A stretch of 32,000 nt of DNA from Candidatus Saccharimonadota bacterium (GCA_025349965.1 CP075337.1:1-32000); one strand, 5' to 3'. Positions 1 to 9,702 are shown, counted from the stretch's first letter. Made by a program: numbers and translations. Notes: generated by a model not told the origin, from the letters alone.

Positions 1-537
1 TTTTAGCGGTCAGGGGATGCGCTTGCTTGTGGTGACTATCTTTTTTGCGGAAGTGGCTACCGAAGTGACGAAGCGGCCCAGAAATTTGCAGCCGACACAC
101 TTGGATATACACGCATTCAGCTTCAGACAGTTCCTCAGCGTGACGCAGCAGGAAATCCAGTCGTAAATCCAATTTCAGGATGGGAAGACAGTTTTTACTA
201 CGACATCGACCTTGCGCTTTCAATCCTACGTGCGCCTACAGCCGATACACCCGGCCTCATCGCCTACTGCAAAGAAGCATTCACAGAAGAAAGCCAGCGA
301 ATACTTGCCGTCTTCCAAGCGAAGCATTTGAAACAATTCTGATTAGTGAAGAAGAGGCGCGCGAAGCGTTTGCTGCCAACCTGGTGTCTACAGGGACGAG
401 TTGTTGTTATGAGTAGCACCGCACCAGAGCTCAAGGCAGCACTTGAGAATCGCGGCTTTACCGTTCACACTCCTGAGATTAGCGAACTCTCAAAAGGTGG
501 TGGTTACATTCGTTGCACCAGCCTTAGCCTTGTGTAG
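1..537 (+). pseudogene. Disrupted amidinotransferase / guanidino-group-modifying enzyme (DDAH / arginine deiminase superfamily), 3' portion
   Basis: Frame 1 (7-339) reads GDALACGDYLFCGSGYRSDEAA...SFYYDIDLAL, has no start codon and follows an in-frame TAG at 4-6. The family-like reading continues in frame 3 (about 321-398, FETILISEEEAREAFAANLVSTGT). It then returns to frame 1 (400-537, VVVMSSTAPELKAALENRGFTVHTPEISELSKGGGYIRCTSLSLV*). The C-terminal GGG-x-x-RC block is the catalytic-Cys end typical of this superfamily. Confidence 0.5.
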
Positions 538-1828
538 CACGCTCGCGTAGAAGTGTCCGTGCCACTTCAGTCTCATTCCAGTCGTGCTCGCCATCAGCGC
601 GTTCAATGGTTCGTTCGTGACCCTTGCCAAGGAGTACAACCGTATCGTCTTCGGAAGTTGCAAGGTCAAACGCTTTTCGGATTGCTTCTGTACGGTCAAG
701 TACCTTAAATAGTGTTGTATCATCCACAGCACCCTTTTTTCGTGCACCTTCGGCAATTTGCTCAAGAATTTCATTGCCATCAACATCACGGTCGTCCTCT
801 TCTGTAATAACAAGCGTGTCGGCATACTTTGCGGCAATTCCACCCTGCACGGCCCGCTTTGCCTCATCGCGGCGTCCTGCCGAGCCAAATACTGCAATAA
901 GTTTCCCCTTGGTGAGCGGACGAACGCTTGAAAAGAACTGCTCAAACCCATCTGGTGTACTAGCGAAGTCCACAATTACTCCAAAAGGTTGCCCCTCATC
1001 AACCGTATTCATGCGTCCTTCAACCATACGGAGGGCCGCAAGGCCATTCTCAATCTGCTCTTTCCCGAGGCCAACATGACGTCCAACTGCAATTGCGGCA
1101 AGGCTATTGCTGACATTAAATTCACCGGGAATATTGAGCGTAATATTGTACGTCTCATCATTGGTGGTTGCGATATATTTTGTATGCGTGCTTGAAAGCT
1201 CTAAGTCACTTGCTTGGAGTTCCCCGCCCTGAATGCCATAGGTTACGGCGCGCTTCACGTCACTCGCAAAAAGATTAGCATTCTTGTCGTCATAGTTGAC
1301 CACCCCTAGACCATTTTCGTTACGATTGGCGATCTTAAAGAGTTTTCGCTTGGCATCACGATAGTGCTCAAAAGTGCCGTGATAGTCAAGATGGTCACCT
1401 GTAACGTTTGTCATTACAGCAACTTCATACGGAATACCCCAAACACGATGCTGGGCGAGCGCATGGCTTGAGGTCTCAACGACAATCCACTTTGCGCCTC
1501 GTTTGGCATATTCACGCATGCGACGCTGCAGTACGAATGCACGAGCTGTCGTTGCATGCTCCTGTTGCGTCTCAATTTCTGCCCCCATGCCATTCGCAAC
1601 TGTACTCATAAGTGCAACCGGAACGCCAGCCTCGTGCAACATGCGGTGAATAAAGAATGAAGTGGTCGTTTTGCCGTTTGTACCAGTCACACCGATAATA
1701 CGGAGTTTCCGCGCAGGGAAGCCGTATCGAATATTCGCCAGCACGGCCTCGATAAGATGTCCAAATGGTTCAATTTTTCTGAAAAGATTTTTGGGGATTA
1801 TAGATTTTACAATTTTACGGATATTCAT
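524..1828 (-). CDS. murE: UDP-N-acetylmuramoyl-L-alanyl-D-glutamate--(DAP or Lys) ligase, MurE-type Mur ligase with a short N-terminus
   Basis: MurE-type motifs: P-loop GVTGTNGKTTT, ETSSHALAQHRV, NVTGDHLDYHGTFEHY, TEEDDRD (at the DNPR position) and GKGHE. I prefer the ATG at 1828 (MNIRKIV). A GTG at 1852 would overlap the upstream gene by 17 nt. Confidence 0.8.
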   Translation of the reverse strand: MNIRKIVKSIIPKNLFRKIEPFGHLIEAVLANIRYGFPARKLRIIGVTGTNGKTTTSFFIHRMLHEAGVPVALMSTVANGMGAEIETQQEHATTARAFVLQRRMREYAKRGAKWIVVETSSHALAQHRVWGIPYEVAVMTNVTGDHLDYHGTFEHYRDAKRKLFKIANRNENGLGVVNYDDKNANLFASDVKRAVTYGIQGGELQASDLELSSTHTKYIATTNDETYNITLNIPGEFNVSNSLAAIAVGRHVGLGKEQIENGLAALRMVEGRMNTVDEGQPFGVIVDFASTPDGFEQFFSSVRPLTKGKLIAVFGSAGRRDEAKRAVQGGIAAKYADTLVITEEDDRDVDGNEILEQIAEGARKKGAVDDTTLFKVLDRTEAIRKAFDLATSEDDTVVLLGKGHERTIERADGEHDWNETEVARTLLRERATQG

Positions 1829-1835
1829 ACTTTTA

Positions 1836-4403
1836 TTATACCTCGTCACCACCTTTCTTTACCCTTCTCGCTAAAAACCATAGCGCGCCCATCAAGGTGC
1901 ATAGCGTGAAACCTGTGGCTACAATTAACACCAGCATGTCCCGCAGATTCATCTTTATCGGCGAACGTAGCCGTGAATCGCTTGCTAGCACACTACTACT
2001 CCCCCTTTCTTGTATCGGCGCTGGTACAAAAGGCGTCGATGAAAACACACTCGGTAAAACCTGTTGCGTATTCTTTTGCTGCGCAGTTGAGAAATAATCC
2101 GCAAAAGTATTCGACGAATTCACATATTCACTTCGGGTATCCACCCCCTCAGACAAAGACCCGTCACTGTATTCAATCATTGTATAGGCGGATATTAGCT
2201 CATTTGACGGAGTGACACCTTTAATATATATCGCGTACACACCTGACTGGTACTCTGGAAGCACCAGCTCACCCTCAAACCCTCCGTTCAATCCCACCAT
2301 AAAGGTGTGCTCAATACTTGAATTTTGGTAGTATACAGAGATCTTTGAATTGGGCATGAACATACCCTTAGGTATGGTGAGTTGATAGGCGCCATCACCC
2401 CTAGAGTACTTGCGAAGATCGGGATGCAACAATACATATCTAAACCCCTCCTCTTTGGGGTCTGCCCGCCAGTAAGTCTCATCTGTCGTAAAGGAGTCCG
2501 TTCTTAGACCGTGCGTGGCACTATTGTGATATTGAGCAATCTGCTGTGCCACCAGTTGATGCCCAAAAGCCGTAGGGTGAAAAGATTCTGCACCTAATAG
2601 TTTCAACCCGCTTAGTGTCGCAATAGGGCTAAAGTCATCTCCGAATCGAACCCCATTCATAGCGGGACTTTGCGTAGATTCACACAACCTATGCCCCACG
2701 TACGCATCTTCCACTGACACATACTCAACCTCCGCTTCATGAGCCGCTCGCCGTATAGCGCTATTAAGCCGAGAGATAGAGCGTGCCATAAATATCCGCT
2801 CTTCATAGCTAAGTAGCATGCCCAACACAAGCCCACACGACACATCCCTCTCATCACTGATAATCTGTGGGTATCCAATTACTCGCACTGTTGTATTGGC
2901 ACTTTTTTTCACTCGGTGAATCATCTCCTTAAGCCTCTCGTGAAGCGCATCAATTTCTCTGGCAATCGCACTCCGGTGAGGCCCTTCGCGTGCCCATTCA
3001 CAGACACCGGGCGCAACACAACTCTTTAATTTATTCATGAAGCCGGCATCATTTCCACCAATACCAATAGTTACCTGTCTTGGTTGATACTTTTTTACAA
3101 AAGAAAGTTGCGGAATGATACCTCTTTTATCTAACGCGAGGGCTTCTTCCTTAAATGAACTCTGCGCGGCGCTGTCTAGATAGGCTATTCTACCCCCTTG
3201 ACCCGTATATTCCTCTGAATTATTTGTAATATCCGCCATCACAGCTCCAGAGCACGCCACACTTAGGACTTTCGTTCCATACACCTCTCCCATAAGCGGT
3301 ATTTGCAACAAGGCGTATGGATATGAGCGATTACTTAAATGGCAGTTATGTGGAGGGTTATTTGTTCCCAAGAGGTAATATGCATCACTCGCCTCACCTT
3401 CCCCACTAGTAAATGAATCACCGAGGGCGACATAGTCGATTATCCCCGTAGCAGGCGGTGGACCGCTGCTATACACAACATCCCACGACCCAACAGAGGT
3501 TGTTACGAGATAATACAATCTGTCATCGTCGAAAAAATAGGGGCGTTCCGCTGAATAAAAATACGGGAAGTTTCTAGAGATATCCAGCGGCACCTCTGGA
3601 CACGTTCGTACATATGGAGGAAATTGCTCACCAATCTCTCTCGCCGGTCTGTCTCCGCACGTTGCGTCAACAGTAAACAGACGTGCGCCACCCTGTTCAT
3701 TACCAACAGCTATTGCCTTGCCGTCATCGGTAATGGCAAAATTATTCCGATCTCTCGTAGAGAGGGTTGCAACTCGCCGCTGCTCACCGGAAGTCACATT
3801 AAGTCGTATGAGTCCCAGTCCTCTATATTCCACTGCGGCCCATTTGCCATTTCTTGAAATAGCCACCCTCCCAAGCGGAAGGTTTACCCCCACCGCTTCA
3901 TTCACAGCGCGAACTTGTGCCTCTGTAGTGAAATAGTAATTTGCAACAGAAGGGTCAAACCGCGACCGAAGCATGCGCGAGAGATTATCGTAAGCCAAAA
4001 GCCTATCATTATACAGACCCGTCAGGAGTGTATCGCTCGCTTGGCTGTAGACACAAATATACTCGTACCCACACAAGATATCACGAACAACATAAAATTG
4101 GCGGTCAAGCGCATAGCTTGCGAGAAGTTGAATTTTTCCCTGATTATTCAGATATTGAGCCATCCGGAAAGCACCGACTTTACCAAATACACAAGCGTGC
4201 TGAGGTGTAATTTCACCCGCGACTTGTATCTGCGCCACATCCCCACCACAGTAAAACGGAAGATAGCGTATACTATTGGATTTTTCACGAGACACGACGT
4301 AAGGCTCCCCAGCCCAGCCCCTTGAATCCGCAGCAGCCACACTAAAGCTATTCATTATCATTACTATACATACCCCTACTATCACCTTAAGAACCCACCG
4401 CAT
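1836..4403 (-). CDS. Secreted, C-terminally membrane-anchored SGNH/GDSL hydrolase (SEST-like lipase/esterase) with a large N-terminal domain
   Basis: Start at ATG 4403 is preceded by AAGGGAGGG, and the N-terminus MRWVLKVIVGVCIVMIMNSFSVAAA looks like a signal peptide. SGNH blocks are present: ALGDSFTSGEG, ACSGA, IGIGGNDAGF, ESFHPTAFGH. The C-terminus has a hydrophobic helix plus a basic tail (LVLIVATGFTLCTLMGALWFLARRVKK). Confidence 0.8.
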   Translation of the reverse strand: MRWVLKVIVGVCIVMIMNSFSVAAADSRGWAGEPYVVSREKSNSIRYLPFYCGGDVAQIQVAGEITPQHACVFGKVGAFRMAQYLNNQGKIQLLASYALDRQFYVVRDILCGYEYICVYSQASDTLLTGLYNDRLLAYDNLSRMLRSRFDPSVANYYFTTEAQVRAVNEAVGVNLPLGRVAISRNGKWAAVEYRGLGLIRLNVTSGEQRRVATLSTRDRNNFAITDDGKAIAVGNEQGGARLFTVDATCGDRPAREIGEQFPPYVRTCPEVPLDISRNFPYFYSAERPYFFDDDRLYYLVTTSVGSWDVVYSSGPPPATGIIDYVALGDSFTSGEGEASDAYYLLGTNNPPHNCHLSNRSYPYALLQIPLMGEVYGTKVLSVACSGAVMADITNNSEEYTGQGGRIAYLDSAAQSSFKEEALALDKRGIIPQLSFVKKYQPRQVTIGIGGNDAGFMNKLKSCVAPGVCEWAREGPHRSAIAREIDALHERLKEMIHRVKKSANTTVRVIGYPQIISDERDVSCGLVLGMLLSYEERIFMARSISRLNSAIRRAAHEAEVEYVSVEDAYVGHRLCESTQSPAMNGVRFGDDFSPIATLSGLKLLGAESFHPTAFGHQLVAQQIAQYHNSATHGLRTDSFTTDETYWRADPKEEGFRYVLLHPDLRKYSRGDGAYQLTIPKGMFMPNSKISVYYQNSSIEHTFMVGLNGGFEGELVLPEYQSGVYAIYIKGVTPSNELISAYTMIEYSDGSLSEGVDTRSEYVNSSNTFADYFSTAQQKNTQQVLPSVFSSTPFVPAPIQERGSSSVLASDSRLRSPIKMNLRDMLVLIVATGFTLCTLMGALWFLARRVKKGGDEV

Positions 4404-4511
4404 GCGACCCTCCCTTAAAATAAGCTTAGTATCTACTGATAATTCTAAGTTTATTCTCAGCAAACTACAAGATAAAACGTACAAAGCACAACACGTGTTA
4501 CAATATAACAG

Positions 4512-5594
4512 ATGAGAATACTGGGAATTGAGAGCAGTTGTGATGAAACTGCAGCGGCAATCGTTGAGAACGGCACACACCTTGTGTCAAATGTTGTACG
4601 CACTCAAATCGACATACACAAACAATACGGCGGCGTCGTTCCAGAGGTAGCAGCCCGCAGTCATATTGAAGTTATCAACCCAGTAATTGACGAGGCGCTC
4701 AAGCAGGCAAATATGACATGGAAAGATATTGATGGTATTGCCGTCACCTACGCACCTGGTCTTTCCGGCTCGCTCCTTGTGGGTACACTCACCGCGCGTA
4801 CCATTGCTTTAAGGCAAAATATTCCACTCTACCCTATTCATCACGTAGAAGCACACGTATACGCAAACTTTATCACCTCTCAGGCCGATACTACCCAGCT
4901 TCAACTCCCCTCAACCCAGCCGAAATTCCCAATGCTCGCCCTCATTGTGAGTGGTGGCCATTCGCAACTCGTCCTCTTTAAGAATCACGGTGACTATGAA
5001 CTACTTGGGCAAACACAGGATGATGCTGTTGGCGAAGCCTTCGATAAAGTAGCTAAAATCATCGGACTCCCCTACCCTGGCGGCCCCTCAATCGCCGAAG
5101 CCGCACTAAAAGGCAACCCAAATAAATACACGCTACCAAAAGCAAGGCTCCAAGGCGCTTATGATTTTAGCTTCTCAGGCCTTAAGACGGCCGTTCTGCG
5201 CGCCGTACAGCACGAAGTGGGCGTGGACACGTCTTTCCCGTCATTCAAGCTTGCAGCGCTCCTCAGTGAGACACAACGTAATGACTTTGCAGCTAGCTTC
5301 CAGAAGACAGCCGTTGAAACCCTGGTGGATAAAGCCTATAAAGCCTTCTTAGATCACTCACCCGCTTCAGTTGTTATTGCTGGGGGAGTTGCCGCCAATA
5401 GCGAACTTCGCCGCCAGCTCAGTGAGCGCATCCCTCTTGCAATTGAATACGCCCCAATGCAACTCTGTACAGATAACGCTGCTATGATTGCCAGTCTTGG
5501 CTACTTCTACGCACAAAAAGCAGCGCCAGCTGATCCACTAGCGCTTGAGATTCAGCCAAGCCTCTCTATGACAAAGACAGCTTGGGCAAAATAA
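4512..5594 (+). CDS. tsaD: tRNA N6-adenosine threonylcarbamoyltransferase TsaD
   Basis: The N-terminus MRILGIESSCDETAAAIV and the full-length 360-aa Kae1/TsaD pattern (HHVEAH, SGGHSQL, GGVAANSELR) are present. Confidence 0.93.
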   Translation: MRILGIESSCDETAAAIVENGTHLVSNVVRTQIDIHKQYGGVVPEVAARSHIEVINPVIDEALKQANMTWKDIDGIAVTYAPGLSGSLLVGTLTARTIALRQNIPLYPIHHVEAHVYANFITSQADTTQLQLPSTQPKFPMLALIVSGGHSQLVLFKNHGDYELLGQTQDDAVGEAFDKVAKIIGLPYPGGPSIAEAALKGNPNKYTLPKARLQGAYDFSFSGLKTAVLRAVQHEVGVDTSFPSFKLAALLSETQRNDFAASFQKTAVETLVDKAYKAFLDHSPASVVIAGGVAANSELRRQLSERIPLAIEYAPMQLCTDNAAMIASLGYFYAQKAAPADPLALEIQPSLSMTKTAWAK

Positions 5595-5599
5595 CTCCC

Positions 5600-6580
5600 C
5601 TACCGCTTCATGACGCTGCGCAGTTTCTGTGCAGTTTTTTTCGCAAACGGAAGTGCGTGACTCCAGAGAATATACAGAGGCGAAAGCGGTTTATCATAAG
5701 TGCCGGCGAAGAATGTCGTGTCACTCACCCATCCCTGCTTAAAAGTTGCGACACCGCCAGCTACAATGCCACCAAAATCGTACTTTGTCAAACCCCACTG
5801 CTTTACCTTTGTTATGGCGTGCCATTTTAGGGCGTAGTTAGCCCGAAGCTGCTGACCAATACCGTTCATACCGCCGTACAGCTCATAGGCTGTCGCTCCA
5901 CTTATAGCCAGCCATAAAAACGCCACCGGTTGACCATCCTTATAAGCAGCAAAAACGGGGGAGTGGTCAGCCAGAAGTGTGAAAACGTCCTTATAGTAGA
6001 CTTCGTCATGCAGTGCGAAGCCTGCCCGTTTTGAGGTTTCTTTATATAAATCCAGACATTTTTCCAGCTCTTCAACAGAAGTGACTTGACGAATCTCTAC
6101 CTCTTTCGCAGATTTACGGATATACTGCCTCGTCTTCTTAGCCATGACAGACTGAAGCTCTTCCTCGGAGTGTGAAATATCAAGAAGTACTGTTTCAGCA
6201 GGAAGGATTTTATTCGTTGCTCGCACCCATCCTTCGGGTTTATCAAAAGCAAGTGCATCTGGCTCAATCGAAAGCGCAATCCCTTTATACTTACTTTTTA
6301 TGTAATTTGCAGCGGAATTAAGAATTTCCTCATTTTTCACGTGAAATATTTGTCCGCGCGGAACATACGAAAAAGCACGAAAGGGGAGTGGCAGTTTCTT
6401 TGTAAGTACTTGAAGTCCTCCAAGCAGTTCATCGCCCTCCTCAAACAAAAGTCGGTCAACAGACCATCCGTGACGTTGCTTCACCTCGCCCCAACCCCAA
6501 AGCTGAAGCGGGTGGCCCTCACCATCCACTACACACTCGTCCCAATCTTGGGCATTGTTACATTCACGCACAGTAATCAT
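5600..6580 (-). CDS. FemAB-family peptidoglycan interpeptide-bridge aminoacyltransferase (FemX-like)
   Basis: 326 aa. It begins with WDECVV..HPLQLWGWGEVKQRHGW and continues with FRAFSYVPRGQ, AYELYGGM, and YALKWHAI..K..G...YDFGG, which is the FemAB family layout. Confidence 0.75.
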   Translation of the reverse strand: MITVRECNNAQDWDECVVDGEGHPLQLWGWGEVKQRHGWSVDRLLFEEGDELLGGLQVLTKKLPLPFRAFSYVPRGQIFHVKNEEILNSAANYIKSKYKGIALSIEPDALAFDKPEGWVRATNKILPAETVLLDISHSEEELQSVMAKKTRQYIRKSAKEVEIRQVTSVEELEKCLDLYKETSKRAGFALHDEVYYKDVFTLLADHSPVFAAYKDGQPVAFLWLAISGATAYELYGGMNGIGQQLRANYALKWHAITKVKQWGLTKYDFGGIVAGGVATFKQGWVSDTTFFAGTYDKPLSPLYILWSHALPFAKKTAQKLRSVMKR

Positions 6581-6685
6581 ATCCTTAGTATACCATTACA
6601 CCCCACAGGGGCGTTGTGCTATACTAACAGTAGTCATATCGCATAAAAAGAGCTTGCGAAAAGAGTGTAAGAACAGGAATTTCAC

Positions 6686-9235
6686 GTGAAACTATCAAAA
6701 ACATACGAGCCAAATCAGTACGAGCCAAACGTTTACGCGCTCTGGGAAACCAGCGGTGCTTTTAGCCCGAAGGGGAGTGGACCAACTTTTAGCACCATTA
6801 TGCCCCCACCAAATGCCAATGGAAACCTCCACCTTGGACATGCCCTTGATATGGGCCTCAAGGACATTCTTGTACGCTACAAGCGCATGACCGGCCACGA
6901 CACTGTCTACATTCCTGGGGCAGACCACGCCGGCTTTGAGACATGGGTTGTGTATGAAAAAGAGCTTCAGAAAAAAGGCCAAAGCCGTTTTGACTTCTCG
7001 CGCGAACAACTCTACAGCCAAGTATGGGATTTCGTAAACGGCCAGCGCGGCAACATGGAGCTTCAGGTTCGCGCTCTTGGTATTAGCGCCTCATGGAATG
7101 ACCTTGTTTTCACACTTGATAAAAAAGTTATTGATACCGTCTATGGTACGTTCAAGAAGCTCTGGACTGAAGGCCTCATCTACCGCGGTGAACGCATTGT
7201 TAACTACAGCACCAAGTACCAAACGAGCTACGCCGATATTGAAGTAGATTACAAAACAGAGAAGGGGACCCTCTGGCATATTGCTTACCCGCTCATTGAT
7301 AAGATTGGTGAAATCGTTGTCGCAACTACTCGTCCCGAAACGATGTTTGGTGACGTAGCAGTTGCTGTGCACCCAGAAGATCCACGCTATAAAGAGTTCA
7401 TTGGCTCTCATGTAGTACTTCCGCTTACGGGGAGGGAAATCCCTGTTATTGCCGACGAGTACGTTGACCAAGCCTACGGCACAGGTGCTGTAAAAATTAC
7501 ACCAGCTCATGACCCGAATGACTTTGAAGTAGGGAAGCGTCACAACCTTCCACGCCTTCAGGTTATCGACTTTGACGGCAAAATGATAAACGCACCAGCT
7601 CAGTTCAACGGCCTCGAGGTAGAAGACGCCCGCAAGCGCACTGTTGCAGCCCTCCACGCCGAGGAAAGTATCCGCAAAGAAGAAGAAATTGAACACTCAG
7701 TAGGCTACGACTACAAGAGCGGTCTTCCAATTCAGCCACTCATCAAAGACCAGTGGTTCCTCAGCATGAAGCCACTCGCAGCGAAGGCAATTGAAGCACT
7801 TGAGCGTGGCGACATCACCTTCCACCCAGCTGGTAAAAAGAATATTCTCATTCAATACCTCAAGAATATTCACGACTGGAATCTTTCACGGCAAATCCCA
7901 TGGGGCATTCCAATTCCAGCTTTTCAGAACGTAGATGACGAAAACGACTGGATCTTCAATGAAAATGTTGATGAAAAGACCATTATCGTAGACGGCAAAA
8001 CCTATGTCCGCGAAGAGGATACCTTTGATACCTGGTTCAGTAGCGGTCAGTGGCCATTTATTACCACTGACGCGCTTACACAAGGCGACCTCTCTCGCTT
8101 CTTCCCAACCGACCTCATGGAAACCGGCACCGACCTCTTAGACCGCTGGATTGCCCGTATGATCATGCTCAGCCTCTACATGACTGATCAGATTCCGTTT
8201 AAGGACGTATACCTCCACGGGATGGTGCTCGATGAAAATAGCCAAAAAATGAGCAAGAGTAAGGGTAATGTTATCAACCCTATGGAACTTGTTTCCGAGT
8301 ACGGCTCTGATGCGCTTCGTCTCGGCCTCATTGCGAGCCGTAGCCCAGGACAAAACCAAGCGTTTAGCGTTGATCGAGTTATTGCAGGCCGCAACTTCTG
8401 TAATAAACTCTGGAACATCTCTCGTTTCATTCAAAGCACGCTTGGCGAGGACTACACCCCGGAAACACCAGCCGTGGTTTCACTGGCAGATCACTGGATT
8501 GTTCGTGAATTGACCAAGGCGCAAAAGGCAATTGAAACCTCACTCGCAAACTACCGCTTCGCTGAAGCAAGCGAAGCGCTTTACCACGCCATTTGGGACA
8601 GCGTCGCTGACTGGTATGTGGAGGCTTCAAAGGAAGAGCGCAACCCAGACCTTCTTGCATGGGTGCTCGAGACTTCTCTTAAACTTGCGCATCCGTTTGC
8701 ACCATTTGTCACAGAAACCATCTGGCAAACACTCCCATGGCGCGCAAATTTACTCATCGCAGAGTCATGGCCAGAAATGCCTGAATATAGCGATATCGCC
8801 GCCGGGCAATTCAAGCAGATTCAGAAGATTGTTAGTGAGGCACGCTTCGTAGGCAGCTCACTCCCTGGAAATGACCGCTACTCACTTGTATACACTCAAG
8901 ATTCACTGCTTGATGAAGCAGGAGAGTTGGTGCGACGTCTTGCCAACCTTTCTGAAGTCCGACAGACCGAACAGCCCCAAGGGCTTCGTCTCGCGCTTGC
9001 TAACCACGACGCATGGCTTGACGTCCCCGCAAAGACGCTTGAAGAGCACAAGCAAAATCTTGAAGTGCGCATTGCAGTAACGCACAAAGAAATCCAAGGA
9101 CTTGAAGGCCGCCTCTCTAACGAAAACTACGTTGCAAAGGCGCCGGCCACACTCGTGGAAGAAACCAAACTCCAACTTGAAGAAAAGCAGGCACTTGTTG
9201 AACGCCTCCGGGGTGAACTCACACTCTTAAGCTAA
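6686..9235 (+). CDS. valS: Valine--tRNA ligase
   Basis: Class I HIGH motif (PPPNANGNLHLGHAL) and KMSKS motif (KMSKSKGN), plus a C-terminal coiled coil. GTG start at 6686 with AGGAA 6 nt upstream. Confidence 0.95.
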   Translation: MKLSKTYEPNQYEPNVYALWETSGAFSPKGSGPTFSTIMPPPNANGNLHLGHALDMGLKDILVRYKRMTGHDTVYIPGADHAGFETWVVYEKELQKKGQSRFDFSREQLYSQVWDFVNGQRGNMELQVRALGISASWNDLVFTLDKKVIDTVYGTFKKLWTEGLIYRGERIVNYSTKYQTSYADIEVDYKTEKGTLWHIAYPLIDKIGEIVVATTRPETMFGDVAVAVHPEDPRYKEFIGSHVVLPLTGREIPVIADEYVDQAYGTGAVKITPAHDPNDFEVGKRHNLPRLQVIDFDGKMINAPAQFNGLEVEDARKRTVAALHAEESIRKEEEIEHSVGYDYKSGLPIQPLIKDQWFLSMKPLAAKAIEALERGDITFHPAGKKNILIQYLKNIHDWNLSRQIPWGIPIPAFQNVDDENDWIFNENVDEKTIIVDGKTYVREEDTFDTWFSSGQWPFITTDALTQGDLSRFFPTDLMETGTDLLDRWIARMIMLSLYMTDQIPFKDVYLHGMVLDENSQKMSKSKGNVINPMELVSEYGSDALRLGLIASRSPGQNQAFSVDRVIAGRNFCNKLWNISRFIQSTLGEDYTPETPAVVSLADHWIVRELTKAQKAIETSLANYRFAEASEALYHAIWDSVADWYVEASKEERNPDLLAWVLETSLKLAHPFAPFVTETIWQTLPWRANLLIAESWPEMPEYSDIAAGQFKQIQKIVSEARFVGSSLPGNDRYSLVYTQDSLLDEAGELVRRLANLSEVRQTEQPQGLRLALANHDAWLDVPAKTLEEHKQNLEVRIAVTHKEIQGLEGRLSNENYVAKAPATLVEETKLQLEEKQALVERLRGELTLLS

Positions 9236-9245
9236 TTCAGCGCAA

Positions 9246-9280
9246 TAAAAAAATCCCCAGCATTTCATTGGGGATTTTTG
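9246..9280. terminator. Bidirectional intrinsic terminator hairpin
   Basis: Stem ATCCCCA (9253-9259) pairs with TGGGGAT (9269-9275). It is flanked by an A-tract on the left and a T-tract on the right. It sits between the convergent ends of valS and ORF 9288-9620. Confidence 0.75.
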
Positions 9281-9287
9281 ATTGGCT

Positions 9288-9620
9288 TTATGTTGATGGC
9301 CAGATAATTCCGTTATCGGCTCCGAAGTGAAGTTGGACCTTCTTGCTCGTATTTTTACGGTGATCATCACGGGGTGCCTGCATATTAGGCATAACACGGA
9401 CTGAATGACGCTTAGGTGCTTCGACTGTGTGAACATGCGTATGGGCGTGTCCCTTTTTAAGAAGTGCGTCAGCCGCGGCCGTTCCAGCAATCGACGTCGC
9501 AATCACGGGAATTCCAAGGGCTAGTTGAGTAGCACGGTCAAGGTGCATATCATGAAACAAGATGCCGAAGAGTGTTGTAGTGCTCATTAAAACGGCAGTG
9601 ATGTTTAATAGTGGTGTCAT
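9288..9620 (-). CDS. Hypothetical small membrane protein (two hydrophobic segments, His/Lys-rich tail)
   Basis: 110-aa ORF with no recognizable family and no clear Shine-Dalgarno sequence. It is bracketed by a canonical promoter (9674-9702) and the 9246-9280 terminator, and it fills an otherwise 470-nt gap in a compact genome. Confidence 0.45.
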   Translation of the reverse strand: MTPLLNITAVLMSTTTLFGILFHDMHLDRATQLALGIPVIATSIAGTAAADALLKKGHAHTHVHTVEAPKRHSVRVMPNMQAPRDDHRKNTSKKVQLHFGADNGIIWPST

Positions 9621-9673
9621 GTGTAAGGTGCTCGTATCTCGTTTTGTTTGTTTTTAACTGGTCTACGTTTTAA

Positions 9674-9702
9674 ATAGTAGCATAAGCTTGATAAATTGTC
9701 AA
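9674..9702 (-). promoter_or_regulatory. Sigma70-like promoter (TTGACA-17 nt-TACTAT) reading toward ORF 9288-9620
   Basis: On the - strand, TTGACA lies at 9702-9697, followed by a 17-nt spacer and TACTAT at 9679-9674. Confidence 0.55.

Noticed and set aside
490-1079. ORFs of 161 aa (- strand) and 151 aa (+ strand) overlapping murE
   Set aside because: They are alternative-frame or antisense shadows of a gene with unambiguous Mur-ligase motifs. Their translations are low-complexity (Ser/Arg/Pro-rich) and carry no motifs.
4404-4580. 5' extension of the SGNH hydrolase ORF, which the ORF track starts at 4580 (914 aa)
   Set aside because: The extension is Cys-rich nonsense and would overlap the divergent tsaD start at 4512. 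The internal ATG at 4403 has a strong GGGAGG ribosome-binding site and begins a proper signal peptide.
6581-6685. T-box riboswitch leader upstream of valS
   Set aside because: Only 105 nt are available, shared with a divergent gene start. I saw no specifier-loop or T-box consensus, and no terminator/antiterminator pair.
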